From positions 544,001-608,000 of the forward strand of contig CAXXXF010000006.1 in NCBI GenBank assembly GCA_963667175.2: a DNA stretch of 64,000 nucleotides. Direction: 5' to 3'. This DNA comes from Candidatus Latescibacterota bacterium. Lineage in GTDB: Bacteria; Latescibacterota; UBA2968; GCA-2709665. Shown here in pieces: positions 1-10,692 of this stretch; position 1 is the stretch's first letter, and each line of letters starts with the position of its first letter. The notes beneath the pieces are model-generated. The model had not been told where the DNA came from. It did no database searches and saw only the letters and a program-made list of their open reading frames with translations. A program made the translations under genes and the position numbers.

Positions 1-158
1 CAACCACACCGACCGGATCCGCATCTCTTCAGACTCAAGATATCAACTCGCCTCCGAACCGCAGGACGAACGCTGGATCGGGACCAGCCCGGTAGCGCAT
101 GGCATACGCGCGAAACAGGCCATGATCTGTTGAGGCGCGCGCCGGCATGCCGGCCGGA

Positions 159-2081
159 TCAGAACATGCTATCCGTCTCGCGTTCGCGCATCTGCCGCAC
201 AAACGAATTTCCCGAAAAATCGCCGCGAACGGCCATGAAATCGGCCGCTACGTCCTCTTCCCCGCCGTCGGCGCCGTAACCGATCGTCGCGGCGCCGGAA
301 AACTCCTTTTCCGCGTCCGCCAGTACCTTTTTCGTGGTCGAGGCGTGCGCCTTCCGGTGCGCTGCCTTCATCTCCTCGACGTCCTCCGCCGTCAGCGCCT
401 CCACACCGGCGCCGGTACGGTCCCTGTACGCCCGCCGCACCCATGCCCATTCGTCCGCTTCGTACATCCTGCCTGCCGTTTCGAACGCCGCATTGAACGC
501 CGCCACCGTGTCGATGTTTCCGGACACGATATTCTCTTCAATCTGCGCCAGCCGCGCCCCGGAAAGCAGCAGGCCGCCCACGTCCGCCCAGCGCTCGTGG
601 TACACCTCGCCTTCATCCGGCGCCAGCGCCTTCCCGCCGGCAACCCGCCGAAGAACCCTTCCAATGAGGTACATATCGATCGCCGCGGCGTAATTCCTGA
701 TGCCGTGGCGCAAGACGAGGCGCCGGATCCTTACACCGTTGTGGCGCACGTGCGCCACCTCGCGCGGCGTTTTTTCGTAAAGCGCCTTCAGCAGCGCCTC
801 TCCCCGCGTCATCCGCTCGACCGTATAGGGACTGAACACCTCGTACCGGATCTGGTCCCGTTTGACGGAAGCCGTTCTCCGGTCCCGGTTCGGCCACTTT
901 TCGCCGTCACGGACGGTACCGACCGTGTGGAGGTTCATCGCAGGCGTGAGGAAACTGACGCCCTTTTCTTCGACGACGTAGGAAAACGGCAAGTCCCGAG
1001 TGTCCAGATTCGTCATGTGTTTACCGATAACAACGCTAAACGGCCCCACGGCGCTCGGCAGCAGCAAATAGGAAGACGATCCCGTCTTGCTGCCGCGTTC
1101 CAGCACACCCTGATGCACGGGACCGAGCTTATACATATGGTTGCTCTGGTTGGTCCCGCTGCCGGCGTTATAGAATGAAAAGAGCCCGGCGATCAGCAAC
1201 GTACTCTTGTGGTGCGTTACCGTGTAGGGGCCGCCGAATACGGAACAGGCTTCACCGTTGAAGCATTCCGAATTGGCGAAGAAGAGAGAATTCTCGGCCG
1301 AAAACTGCTTCCCGATCTCTACTCCCTGACCGATAAAGCATCTGTTGATGATGGCGCCGCCCTCCACGCGGGAGCCTTCGCAAATGATGAAATCCTCGGC
1401 CACAACGGATGCGCCCACCCGTGTCTGCGCGTCCGCCTCGCTCAGGACGGTCCCGTTCTTCAGCATGGCCGCCCCCGCAACGACCGCGCAGGCGCCGATA
1501 TTCACGTCGACAATCTCATTCACGTGCGCAATGACGGCGCGGTCGCCAACCGTTCCCGTATCCGAGGAAATCTCATCCACAAATGCCTTCGCCATTGCCA
1601 GCAGGCGCTCGGTCATCTCCGCTCGATATCGGTGCATGCTGACCAGGTATGCAAACTGGCAGGACATCTCGTTGAACATGGGCGCCTCACGCCCGCCCCC
1701 CTCGTTGACCGGTTCCACGACCACGCCGTTCCCGAACGTGGCGCCGGGATGCGTCGTCAGCTGCCCTACGTCGGTCACGACCGCCCCATTCCCAATCCGG
1801 TAGTTCGCGAGATGACTTCGCACCCGCGTCACCCGCACGTTGTCCCCCAGTTCGCAGTTGATCAGCGTGGCGTCGGAAATTTCCGCCGGTAATTCCACGC
1901 CTGCGAACGATACGGTTCCCTCCAGGACACCCATCCTTACCCGGCCGCAGAAAACCGCGTGCTTCACGCGACGTGGATCGAATCCGTGCTTCACCTCCAC
2001 CATCGACCAATCCGCGGCCGCGCATCCGTTTCGTTGCAGCGCCGCGATCTCAGCCTCGGAAAGCGATCGATAGACGGCCAT
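159..2081 (-). CDS. DUF4954 family protein (left-handed beta-helix-like)
   Basis: 640 aa. N-terminal 'YRSLSEAEIAALQRNGCAAADW', hexapeptide-like stretch and 'GPYTVTHHKSTLLIAG..NAGSGTNQSNHMYKLGP' typical of DUF4954. Confidence 0.8.
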   Translation of the reverse strand: MAVYRSLSEAEIAALQRNGCAAADWSMVEVKHGFDPRRVKHAVFCGRVRMGVLEGTVSFAGVELPAEISDATLINCELGDNVRVTRVRSHLANYRIGNGAVVTDVGQLTTHPGATFGNGVVVEPVNEGGGREAPMFNEMSCQFAYLVSMHRYRAEMTERLLAMAKAFVDEISSDTGTVGDRAVIAHVNEIVDVNIGACAVVAGAAMLKNGTVLSEADAQTRVGASVVAEDFIICEGSRVEGGAIINRCFIGQGVEIGKQFSAENSLFFANSECFNGEACSVFGGPYTVTHHKSTLLIAGLFSFYNAGSGTNQSNHMYKLGPVHQGVLERGSKTGSSSYLLLPSAVGPFSVVIGKHMTNLDTRDLPFSYVVEEKGVSFLTPAMNLHTVGTVRDGEKWPNRDRRTASVKRDQIRYEVFSPYTVERMTRGEALLKALYEKTPREVAHVRHNGVRIRRLVLRHGIRNYAAAIDMYLIGRVLRRVAGGKALAPDEGEVYHERWADVGGLLLSGARLAQIEENIVSGNIDTVAAFNAAFETAGRMYEADEWAWVRRAYRDRTGAGVEALTAEDVEEMKAAHRKAHASTTKKVLADAEKEFSGAATIGYGADGGEEDVAADFMAVRGDFSGNSFVRQMRERETDSMF

Positions 2082-2430
2082 ATATGATTTTCCTCCTTTT
2101 CCATTCCGATTCCTATCTCCCTGAAAAACCGGTTATTACCGAGATTTACAGGCGGATAAGATATTCAGCTCCGCGCCCGAAGGCAAGCGTTTTCCAGGGA
2201 ATTCCCGGCGCCTTCATCGTCTTCATGTCGAAGGGCAAAACGCTTTACTTCAATCCGACCCTTTGGTATATTGGCTGACCTTCAGAGTCCATCGTCAGGT
2301 CTCGAAACGGCGGTTTTCGGCGGGCGCGTCGACGTCCGGTGTGAAACGTCGTCTCCGGACGGGCAATCTGCACGGATCAATCGCCAAGCACCCGGCACTG
2401 ACCGGATCGACGTCCGGCGAAAGGACGCCA

Positions 2431-3189
2431 ATGGCCGGCGGCATCAAACTCAAAGTATGCGAGACGAGCGCCGAAGTGGCGGTGGAAGCATCGGAAATCA
2501 TCGCAAATCTGGTCCGTGTCCGGTCAGATCCAGTGATCGGGCTGGCGACGGGATCGACGCCGGAACAGACCTACGCCAGACTCGCGGAACTGCACCACAG
2601 CGAAGGTCTCGAATTCCGCCGGGTGACCTCGTTCAACCTGGACGAATACTGGGGCCTGGACGGCGACCACGACCAGAGCTACCGGTACTTCATGAACGAC
2701 CGCCTGTTCCGGAAGATCGACATCCGGCCCTGGAACACGCATGTACTGAACGGCGCCGCCGCCAATCCCGACCTGGAATGCCGGGCCTTCGAAACCAGAA
2801 TCCTCGCGGCGGGCGGGATCGACCTCTGGCTGCTCGGCATCGGCACGAATGGTCACGTCGCGTTCAACGAACCCGGCAGTGCGGTGGACAGCCGTACGCG
2901 CCTCGTGAACCTGGCGCCCAGCACCATCGAGGCGAACAGCGACGGCCGTTTCTTCAAAGATGCCGCAAGCGTCCCGCGATTCGCCCTCTCGGCCGGAATC
3001 GGCACGATCCGGGCGGCGCGGCGCATTCTCCTGCTGGCCACGGGCGCACGGAAGGCCGGCGCCGTCGCACGGGCTCTGGAAGGGCCTCCCACAACGGACT
3101 GCCCCGCCAGCCTGCTGCAGAGCCATCCGGACTGCACGTTTATCGTGGACCGAGAAGCGGCGTCAGAGCTCGCGTCCGGACAGAACTGA
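2431..3189 (+). CDS. nagB: glucosamine-6-phosphate deaminase
   Basis: Motifs GLATGSTP, FNLDEY, QSYRYFM, LGIGTNGHVAFNEPG, PASLLQSH. ATG at 2431 after AAGGA. Confidence 0.93.
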   Translation: MAGGIKLKVCETSAEVAVEASEIIANLVRVRSDPVIGLATGSTPEQTYARLAELHHSEGLEFRRVTSFNLDEYWGLDGDHDQSYRYFMNDRLFRKIDIRPWNTHVLNGAAANPDLECRAFETRILAAGGIDLWLLGIGTNGHVAFNEPGSAVDSRTRLVNLAPSTIEANSDGRFFKDAASVPRFALSAGIGTIRAARRILLLATGARKAGAVARALEGPPTTDCPASLLQSHPDCTFIVDREAASELASGQN

Positions 3190-3269
3190 TCGACGAGAAC
3201 ACCCGTCGCGCCGCACAGCGCCGCGATGGGGTATCCTTCCAACTCTTCTGTAATTTCACGGAGCGTCAA

Positions 3270-3515
3270 ATGGATCGCGAAGAGATCAAGGCAGGCGTGT
3301 GCCGGGTCATCTCCGGCGTTCTCGGAATCGACGCAACCGGGGTCTCGGAAGCGCAGAGCTTCACGGCCGACCTCGGCGCCGAGTCCGTGCAATCCGTAGA
3401 GCTCATGGCCGGCTTCGAGGAGGAATTCGAGATTGAAATGGACGAAGATGAAGCCCTGTCCGTACAGACGGTCGGTGGCGCCATCGACTTCATCGCAAAG
3501 TACGTAAACAGTTGA
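3270..3515 (+). CDS. acyl carrier protein (variant GAESVQ motif)
   Basis: 81 aa acidic, 'DLGAESVQSVELMAGFEEEFEIEM..TVGGAIDFI'. GGAG RBS. Confidence 0.85.
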   Translation: MDREEIKAGVCRVISGVLGIDATGVSEAQSFTADLGAESVQSVELMAGFEEEFEIEMDEDEALSVQTVGGAIDFIAKYVNS

Positions 3516-3555
3516 TTCGGCAACCCTTGTCCCCGGTTTTGCAGGAGCGTATCCC

Positions 3556-4947
3556 ATGAAGACAGCCGACCTGATCGAAGTCGACGAGCCCAATCTCCTC
3601 GACGAGCAATTCGACTATAGTCTGCCGCCCAGGATTCTGTTCGACGGTCCTCTGTACGAAGAAATCGGCGACCGGATCGTCAGATTCGATCCGGAAGAAG
3701 CCCTCGCAAGAGACCTCGTCATCACCGATACCACGTTTCGGGACGGCCAGCAGGCCCGTCCTCCCTATACGGTGGAACAGCAGGTCAGACTCTTCGACAT
3801 GATGGCCAGGCTCGGCGGACCGAACGGCGTGATCCGCCAGACCGAGTTCTTCCTCTACACGAAAAACGACCGGCGCACCCTGGAAGAATGCCGTGCGCTC
3901 GGGCACCGTTTCCCCGAAATCACTTCCTGGATTCGCGCGGACAAGGGCGACTTCCGGCTGGTCAGGGAAGCCGGTGTTCGGGAAACCGGGATGCTTACGC
4001 CCAGTTCCGACTATCATATCTTTTACAAGCTGAAAAAAGATCGCAGGAAAGCGTTCAACGACTACCTGGAAGTCGTCGAGGCCGCCTGGGAAGCCGGCAT
4101 CCGGCCGCGCTGCCATTTGGAGGACGTGACGCGTGCGGACGTCGAAGGCTACGTGCTGCCCTTTGTCCAGGAACTGATGCGCCGTTCCGAGCAGGCGCCG
4201 CCGGAACTCCACGCGAAAATCCGTCTTTGCGACACCATGGGGTTCGGAATCAGCTATCCGGGCGCAGGCCTTCCCCGTTCAATTCCCAAGCTCGTCTATC
4301 TCATGACCAACGACGGCGGGGTACCGCACGATTGCCTTGAATGGCACGGACACAACGACTTCCACAAGGTCCATGTCAACGGGGCGACCGCGTGGTTGTA
4401 CGGATGCAATGCGCTCAACACCACGTTGTTCGGTTTCGGCGAACGGACCGGCAATCCGCCGCTCGAAGGGGCGATACTCGAATACATCGGCCTTCATGGC
4501 GGCCTTTGCGGCATCGATACCATGATGATTCAGGAAATGGCCGATTACATGCGCTCCATCGGGGTGGACATCGCGCCGAACTACCCGTTTGTCGGCAGGG
4601 ACTTCAACACCACGCGGGCCGGCATCCACGCGGGCGGGCTGCGGTCCGATGAACGCATCTACAACATTTTCGATACCACCGCCCTGTTCGGACGCCCGCC
4701 CCGGGTGGCCATTACGGACAAGACCGGCGTGGACGGGGTCGCCCTCTGGGTCAACGAGTTCCTGGGCCTCAAGGGCAACGACCGGCTCAGCAAAATCAGA
4801 GTGCACAAGATCGCCCGCTGGGTTTTGGATCAGTACGAAGTGCACGGCCGAATGAGCGCAATCACCGACGAGGAACTGGAAGAACAGGTCAAGATCAACC
4901 TGCCCGACCGGTACGCAACCTATCAGGCCGGCCGCAAGGCAGGCTGA
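3556..4947 (+). CDS. DRE-TIM metallolyase, Re-citrate synthase-like (IPMS/homocitrate synthase family)
   Basis: ITDTTFRDGQQ, QTEFFLY, EDVTRAD, RLCDTMG, WHGHNDF, GERTGN. No LeuA regulatory domain. Confidence 0.8.
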   Translation: MKTADLIEVDEPNLLDEQFDYSLPPRILFDGPLYEEIGDRIVRFDPEEALARDLVITDTTFRDGQQARPPYTVEQQVRLFDMMARLGGPNGVIRQTEFFLYTKNDRRTLEECRALGHRFPEITSWIRADKGDFRLVREAGVRETGMLTPSSDYHIFYKLKKDRRKAFNDYLEVVEAAWEAGIRPRCHLEDVTRADVEGYVLPFVQELMRRSEQAPPELHAKIRLCDTMGFGISYPGAGLPRSIPKLVYLMTNDGGVPHDCLEWHGHNDFHKVHVNGATAWLYGCNALNTTLFGFGERTGNPPLEGAILEYIGLHGGLCGIDTMMIQEMADYMRSIGVDIAPNYPFVGRDFNTTRAGIHAGGLRSDERIYNIFDTTALFGRPPRVAITDKTGVDGVALWVNEFLGLKGNDRLSKIRVHKIARWVLDQYEVHGRMSAITDEELEEQVKINLPDRYATYQAGRKAG

Positions 4948-4989
4948 TCGCCCGTTTCACCTAAAATCGCCGGCTTCCGGCGGCAACTC

Positions 4990-6009
4990 GTGACGACCCG
5001 CACCGTCTCCCACACCGCACTCAATGCGTTTTGCGTTGACCTCCTGACAGCGGCGGACGTGCCTGAACCCGACGCCCGAATCACGGCCCGCATCCAGGTC
5101 GAAGCGGACCTCCGCGGCGTACACTCCCATGGCGCGCGCGGGATTGCGGGCTATATCCGCCAGATCCTGAAGGGCGAGATCAACCCCGAAGCCCGTCCCC
5201 GCGTCCTGAGCGAGGGGGCCGCGTACGTCCACGTCGACGCGGATAACGCCCTCGGACAGGTGGCCGCGTACAGCGCGATGAAACGCGCCATCCGGAAAGC
5301 CGAAGGCGCGGGCATCGGGATGGCCGCGGTCCGCAATACCAATCACTATGGCGCCGCGGCCTTCTACGCCAACATGGCGGCCGAAGCCCGTATGGTGGGC
5401 TTCAACACCACCGGCGGACGCAAGAACCGGGGCAACATGGCGCCGTACGGGAGCATCGAACCCGCCATCGGAAACGCGCCGTTCGCGTACGGCATCCCCG
5501 CGGGCCGAGAACGCCCCATCATCCTCGACATGGCCACCGGGGTGGTTGCCGCCGGCAAGATCGCCGTCGCCCGGGACCGCGGCGAGAAGATCCCCATGGG
5601 CTGGGCGCTTGACGCTGCGGGCCGACCGACCGACGACCCGGCGGAGGCGCGTATCGTCCTGCCCCTCGGACCGAAGGGATCGGGCCTCGCCATCGTGATG
5701 CAGTGTATCGGCGGCATCCTGGCCGGCGCCGCCTTTCCGGACGTGGAAAAATTCGGTTATCTGTTCATCGCGATCAGGATTTCCACGTTCGCCGATCCCG
5801 AAGTCTTCGCGACGGAAGTCGACGCGCGCATCCGTACCATCCGTGAGGCCAGACCCGCGCAGGGGGTTGACCGCGTCTACTACCCCGGAGAACCCGAATG
5901 GATCACTCGCGAGCGAAACCTCGAAAACGGCATCCCCATGCTGCTTCCGCATCTGAGCGACCTGGACGCCGTTGCTGCCGAACTGGGCGTGTCGAAGCGA
6001 TTGGGATGA
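4990..6009 (+). CDS. Ldh_2 family (malate/L-lactate/sulfolactate dehydrogenase-like) oxidoreductase
   Basis: ADLRGVHSHG, RNTNHYGA, LDMAT, PLGPKGSGLA, YYPGE. Confidence 0.9.
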   Translation: MTTRTVSHTALNAFCVDLLTAADVPEPDARITARIQVEADLRGVHSHGARGIAGYIRQILKGEINPEARPRVLSEGAAYVHVDADNALGQVAAYSAMKRAIRKAEGAGIGMAAVRNTNHYGAAAFYANMAAEARMVGFNTTGGRKNRGNMAPYGSIEPAIGNAPFAYGIPAGRERPIILDMATGVVAAGKIAVARDRGEKIPMGWALDAAGRPTDDPAEARIVLPLGPKGSGLAIVMQCIGGILAGAAFPDVEKFGYLFIAIRISTFADPEVFATEVDARIRTIREARPAQGVDRVYYPGEPEWITRERNLENGIPMLLPHLSDLDAVAAELGVSKRLG

Positions 6010-6085
6010 CGCTCCCGACGTGTGGCCCTGAAGTCAGGTCGACCCGGGCCGTCGTCGATGCCCCTTCCCCCACTGCGAACAACGC

Positions 6086-6820
6086 ATGGACGTCTTCGTC
6101 CTGACAGCCACCGCTCTCGAGCAGGAAACGCTGCGCGGCAGCATTCGGAGTCCGACCACGCGGACGTTCGCCTGCCGCGCGCGCGCAGAGGGCCGACTGG
6201 GGACCCGCCGCGTCGCCCTGATCGAAACCGGAATCGGCGCCGTCAACACCGCCCAGGCGCTGACCGCCGCCCTGGAATCCGTCCGCCCGCGCTTCGTTCT
6301 GCAGGTCGGCATCGGCGGCGCTTACGCGGGCGCACAACTCAACGTGGGCGACCTTGCCGTGGCCACCGAGGAGAACGACGGGGAACTGGGGATCCTCGCC
6401 CCCGGGGGATGGCTTCCGGCGAATCATATCGGCGTCCCCGTCCTCAATAAGAACCGGGACCTCTACAATACCTTTCCGCTCGACGCGGACCTCGCCCGCC
6501 GCGCGACAACCCTGATCCTCGAAGCCGCCTGGCCGTGCGGCGCCCCGGCCGTGCGCTCCGGTCCTTTTGTCACCGTTCAACAGTGCAGCGGCCTCGCCGC
6601 CAGGGGCGCCGAACTCGCCGCGAGGTTCAATGCCATCTGCGAGAACATGGAAGGCGCGGCCGCGGCGCAACTCTGCACGCTGTACGAGGTCCCTTTTGTC
6701 GAGCTGCGAGGCATAAGCAACCTCGTCGAAGACCGGAACACAGGCGCGTGGAAGCTCTCTCTGGCCTCCCGGAATGTACAGCAGGCTGCCCGTGTCCTGA
6801 TGGAAACCCTGGAACCCTGA
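6086..6820 (+). CDS. mqnB: futalosine hydrolase (PNP/MTAN family)
   Basis: TGIGAVNTA, GIGGAY, ENMEGAAAA, ELRGISN. Adjacent to mqnD. Confidence 0.85.
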   Translation: MDVFVLTATALEQETLRGSIRSPTTRTFACRARAEGRLGTRRVALIETGIGAVNTAQALTAALESVRPRFVLQVGIGGAYAGAQLNVGDLAVATEENDGELGILAPGGWLPANHIGVPVLNKNRDLYNTFPLDADLARRATTLILEAAWPCGAPAVRSGPFVTVQQCSGLAARGAELAARFNAICENMEGAAAAQLCTLYEVPFVELRGISNLVEDRNTGAWKLSLASRNVQQAARVLMETLEP

Positions 6821-6929
6821 GCGGCAAGTCGTATCCCGGCACGGCACGGACCGTCGGTCGGGACAACCCGAAACGACGGCGATCGCATTGCCGCGGCCAT
6901 CGTTCGGTTTCGCGCGTCTCGAGGAACTC

Positions 6930-7763
6930 ATGGCTTCCGTTTCGCTCGGCTACTCACCCAGCCCGAACGACACCTGCATCTTCTACGGGCTCGAACATGG
7001 GTTGATTCCCGGCGCGCCCCGTTTCGAGACGATTCTCGAAGACATCGAAGCCCTCAACCGGTTGGCGCTGGATGGCCGACTGGACGTCACCAAGGTCTCC
7101 TTTCACGCCGTCGGCCACCTTCGGGACCGGTACTGCCTCCTCCATTCGGGCGGCGCCATGGGCCGCGGCTGCGGTCCGCTCGTCGTGGCCGCCAGACCCC
7201 TGAATCCGTCGGAATTGACTGGCGAAACAATCGCGATTCCCGGAAAGCTGACCACCGCGTCGCTGCTGCTGCGCCTGTTCGAGCCGTCCCTCGACAATCT
7301 CGTCGTTCTACCCTACCACCGCATCATGGACGCCGTTCGGTCCGGCGAAGTCGGCGCCGGGCTCATCATCCACGAAAGCCGATTTACCTTTCCGGAATTC
7401 GGACTGCACGAAGTCGTCGACCTGGGCGAATGGTGGGAAGGCGCCACCGGCCACCCCATTGTGCTGGGAGGCATCCTCTCCCGCCGGGACCTCGGCGCCG
7501 ACCGGATCGGGGCTATTGATAGCGCGGTGCGAAAAAGCGTGGAATACGCCCGCGCCCATCCGGAAGAGGTCCGAACGGACGTCATTCGGAACGCCCCGGA
7601 TCTGGATGCGCCTGTTGTTCAGCGATTTATTGACCTGTACGTCAACGCGTACACTCTGGACTACGGTCCGGACGGAGAGGCCGCGATTAGCGATCTCCTC
7701 GCCCGCGCCGAAACCGCGGGCATCATTCCCGCATCGGACAAAACACTCTTTGTCGACCGGTAA
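6930..7763 (+). CDS. mqnD: 1,4-dihydroxy-6-naphthoate synthase
   Basis: GYSPSPNDT, DIEALN, GAMGRGCGP, LIIHESRF, DLGEWW, LYVN. Confidence 0.9.
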   Translation: MASVSLGYSPSPNDTCIFYGLEHGLIPGAPRFETILEDIEALNRLALDGRLDVTKVSFHAVGHLRDRYCLLHSGGAMGRGCGPLVVAARPLNPSELTGETIAIPGKLTTASLLLRLFEPSLDNLVVLPYHRIMDAVRSGEVGAGLIIHESRFTFPEFGLHEVVDLGEWWEGATGHPIVLGGILSRRDLGADRIGAIDSAVRKSVEYARAHPEEVRTDVIRNAPDLDAPVVQRFIDLYVNAYTLDYGPDGEAAISDLLARAETAGIIPASDKTLFVDR

Positions 7764-7781
7764 GTGAAAGGAGCCGCACCC

Positions 7782-8687
7782 ATGTCAAAACCCAGAATCG
7801 GATTCATTGGACTCGGGATTATGGGAAAACCCATGTCCAATCACCTGCTCCAGGCCGGATACGCCGTCATTGTACACAACCGCAGCCGGGAACCGGTGGC
7901 AGAACTGGTTGAGGCGGGCGCCGGGGAAGCCCACTCCCCCAGAGAGGTGGCCGAAAACAGCGACGTGGTCATTAGCATGTTGCCCGACTCGCCGGACGTT
8001 CAGGAAGTCGCCCTCGGACCGGGCGGCATCATCGAAGGCGTAAGCCGGGACGACATCTACATTGACATGAGTACCATCGCGCCCAGCGTTGCCCTCGAGG
8101 TTGGCGGGGCGATGGCGAAAAAAGGCGTTCGATGCCTGGATGCGCCCGTGAGCGGAGGCGACGTGGGCGCACGGAATGCCACCCTTTCCATCATGGTGGG
8201 CGGCGAGGAGGAGATATTCGATTCAGTACGACCGATCTTCGCTGCAATGGGTCAGAATATCGTGCTGTGCGGGCCTCTGGGCGCGGGGCAGACCGTGAAG
8301 GCCTGCAACCAGGTTCTGGTTGCCGTCACCATCGCCGGCGTCTCGGAAGCGTTGACACTCGGCGCCAGGGCGGGCGTGGACCCAGCAAACATCGTACAGG
8401 TTCTGAGCGGGGGCCTCGCCCGATGCGGCGTGCTGGAGAACCGGGGCGAGCGCATGGTCAACGGCGACTTCGACCCCGGCTTCCGCATCCGGCTTCACTA
8501 CAAGGACCTCAACATCATCATGAAAACCGGCAGCGACTACAATGTGCCGCTGCCGGTAACGAGCATCGTTCACGAACTGTTCAATCTGGCGATGGCCAAA
8601 GACCGGGGCGAACTGGATCACTCCGGCCTGTTGACCGTGGTCGAAGACCTGGCCGGTGTGAAGGCGCGAACACCTGGGGCGGGATAA
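7782..8687 (+). CDS. 2-hydroxy-3-oxopropionate (tartronate semialdehyde) reductase / beta-hydroxyacid dehydrogenase
   Basis: GFIGLGIMG, DAPVSGG, GQTVKACNQ, FDPGFRIRLHYKDL. Confidence 0.88.
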   Translation: MSKPRIGFIGLGIMGKPMSNHLLQAGYAVIVHNRSREPVAELVEAGAGEAHSPREVAENSDVVISMLPDSPDVQEVALGPGGIIEGVSRDDIYIDMSTIAPSVALEVGGAMAKKGVRCLDAPVSGGDVGARNATLSIMVGGEEEIFDSVRPIFAAMGQNIVLCGPLGAGQTVKACNQVLVAVTIAGVSEALTLGARAGVDPANIVQVLSGGLARCGVLENRGERMVNGDFDPGFRIRLHYKDLNIIMKTGSDYNVPLPVTSIVHELFNLAMAKDRGELDHSGLLTVVEDLAGVKARTPGAG

Positions 8688-8723
8688 ATTCCCTCAGGCG
8701 ATCTCAAGGTTGAACGAGACGTA

Positions 8724-8751
8724 AAACGCCCGGGAGATTTCCCGGGCGTTT
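8724..8751. terminator. hairpin, probable bidirectional intrinsic terminator
   Basis: AAACGCCCGGGA-gatt-TCCCGGGCGTTT between convergent genes. Confidence 0.7.
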
Positions 8752-8859
8752 CTCATTTCCTGTATGGAGACATGGAATTGATCTGGGGCTGTGGAATTCT
8801 CTCCTCTTTACCTCCACAGGCAGATTTCGCTTTCGGATTTTGTGCCTGCCGGGAAGCAC

Positions 8860-9213
8860 TCATTTTTTCGTTCGATCCCCCTTGTAAATATCCCCTCGGG
8901 TGTCCATATCCGTTATATGGATATTGCCATCTTTTCTCTTATACACAATCCTGCAGTTTCCTGCCCTGATTCTGAACGCAGGATCGTTGGCTGGACGTCC
9001 TTCGATCTTGGAAGATCCTCTTCTATTCAAGGGGTCTTTAAGACCCTCTATCTTTGCGATTGCCACCCGTCCAACATCTGCAGGCAGACGATTCAAGAAT
9101 TCCAAGACTTCATCCCTGAAGACGATTCTTGGTTCCGGCCGATCTGGGAGCTCTTTCTCTGCGGGACTTTTTCTCTTCTTCCGACGCCGTGACTCATTCA
9201 CTCCATTCCCCAT
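8860..9213 (-). CDS. RelE/ParE family toxin (start uncertain)
   Basis: 'KIEG..AFRIRAGNCRIVY...HITDMDTRGDIYK' RelE pattern. Overlaps the upstream small gene. Confidence 0.75.
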   Translation of the reverse strand: MGNGVNESRRRKKRKSPAEKELPDRPEPRIVFRDEVLEFLNRLPADVGRVAIAKIEGLKDPLNRRGSSKIEGRPANDPAFRIRAGNCRIVYKRKDGNIHITDMDTRGDIYKGDRTKK

Positions 9214-9434
9214 TTGTGCTTAAGCCTTTTGATGGCGCGATCCGACTCCTCAGCAGACAGCATCCTGCTCTTGCCGGTCCGAAGATCCTCGTCCACCTGC
9301 AACGACCGAGCCAGATCAGAGTCAACGGTCCCGTCATCATCCTCCTCGGAGAGAACGACTCGCCCAAATCGCCGGTTCAGAAATCCCGTTGCAGACACCC
9401 AACCAGCCCTCAGAACATCCGTCGCGTACCCCAT
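9198..9434 (-). CDS. putative antitoxin
   Basis: 78 aa with acidic middle, AAAGGAGG RBS, directly upstream of and overlapping the RelE-like gene. Confidence 0.55.
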   Translation of the reverse strand: MGYATDVLRAGWVSATGFLNRRFGRVVLSEEDDDGTVDSDLARSLQVDEDLRTGKSRMLSAEESDRAIKRLKHKWGME

Positions 9435-9489
9435 ATCACCCTCCTTTCTGTAATTTCCCCCATACGCCTGATCTCTGCAGAAACATCAA

Positions 9490-9923
9490 GCCGGCAGTTG
9501 GTCACATCCTGGCCGTTTACCAATCACGCCTGCCACCACGTCCCGCATCTGGTCAATCGTATCCAAATCGCGATGTTGTGCCGGCCGGTAAAGTCATTGA
9601 CGAACCGGTGCATGTGCTTTACCGTCATCTTGTGATACGTTCCATAATACCCCACTTCAGCATCGACCAGAAGGCTTCAATGCCGTTCGTATGGGCCTGA
9701 CCACGCACATACTCGCCCTCCGAATGCTGGACAGCCTCACGCTCGATATCCCCAGACCATCGAAAACCGATGCCTCATCACGGTAAATATACGGGCGTTC
9801 GTCCGGACTGGCAACTCCAGACAAGAAATTCCTCAACGTCTCCCTGTTGGTACGCTTCGGAACCCGGGCCTTCACCTGCCTGGTCTCCCTGTCTTTCGTA
9901 CCCATGACCGGCGTTTTACCCAT
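9490..9923 (-). mobile_element. IS1595-family transposase remnant (frameshifted, 5'-truncated)
   Basis: Fragments 'KTPVMGTKDRETRQVKA', 'DEASVF', 'EYVRGQAHTNGIEAFWSMLK', 'TYHKMTVKHMHRFVNDF..RHN' in different frames. Confidence 0.8.
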
Positions 9924-10002
9924 CGTCCCACTTTGGGAATCAGGTTACTCGGCATGGCCCGGAACGATGCCCTGTGTGCCGCAACACCCAGGGTCAGTTT
10001 TG

Positions 10003-10254
10003 TCAAACTAAATCATTCTCAATTAAGTAACCTCGGCCTTTGTGACTCAAAGAGTATGAGGAATAGCGTCGATTAAGAGTCACAAGTTCAGCGTGCACAA
10101 GTTCTGTTACATAGTATCGAACTCTTGTGTAGCTTATTTCAAGTAATTCTGTTAATTCTTCTATAGAAAAACTTCTTCCATCATGTTCTGCAAGAATATC
10201 TAAAATTTGTTGTTCCTCTTCATCGAGAAGAACACTATCGTTATTTTTTGACAT
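10003..10254 (-). CDS. small winged-helix protein (AT-rich)
   Basis: 83 aa 'QILDILAEH..SIEELTELLEISYTRVRYYVTEL..LSHKGRGYL'. AAAGGAG RBS. Confidence 0.6.
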   Translation of the reverse strand: MSKNNDSVLLDEEEQQILDILAEHDGRSFSIEELTELLEISYTRVRYYVTELVHAELVTLNRRYSSYSLSHKGRGYLIENDLV

Positions 10255-10692
10255 TATGATATCTCCTTTGTGTTTGTGGTTTTTTATGTATTGTATAGAT
10301 ATCTAATGAATCCTGTTGAATTTGTCAAGCGTTAAAAACCACCCGATTTTTGCAGATTTGGAGTGCCGGGGCCCTGAGAGTGCCTCCGGAATTCACACCC
10401 AACCCAACAAACAAAACAGATCCCCTGGGCAAATCTTGACGATCAGTCAATCCCAAGGGGTTATTTTGGGGGCTTATATACTTAACTTGATGCGCCTATC
10501 GCGGTCGCCAACGTACGCCTGAGGAATGACGAAAAGTCTTGCTTTTCGTTTCGTTTTTTGGTGGAATAAAAACAGCCTCGATAGATGACTCTTTCGAGGC
10601 TGTCCTTGGGTTCCGGCCCGAGGCGGCCCTGAAGGATGACTCCTTCGGGGCTTTTTCGTTCACTGAGAAATATACCTACTAAAGTACGGATG

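Noticed and set aside
147-1892. Long plus-strand ORFs here and similar antisense ORFs throughout
   Set aside because: These are Arg/Pro-rich shadow frames typical of high-GC DNA opposite well-supported genes.
6945-6975. MqnD SPSPND instead of SPCPND
   Set aside because: Single conservative change with the other motifs intact. Not evidence of a new function.
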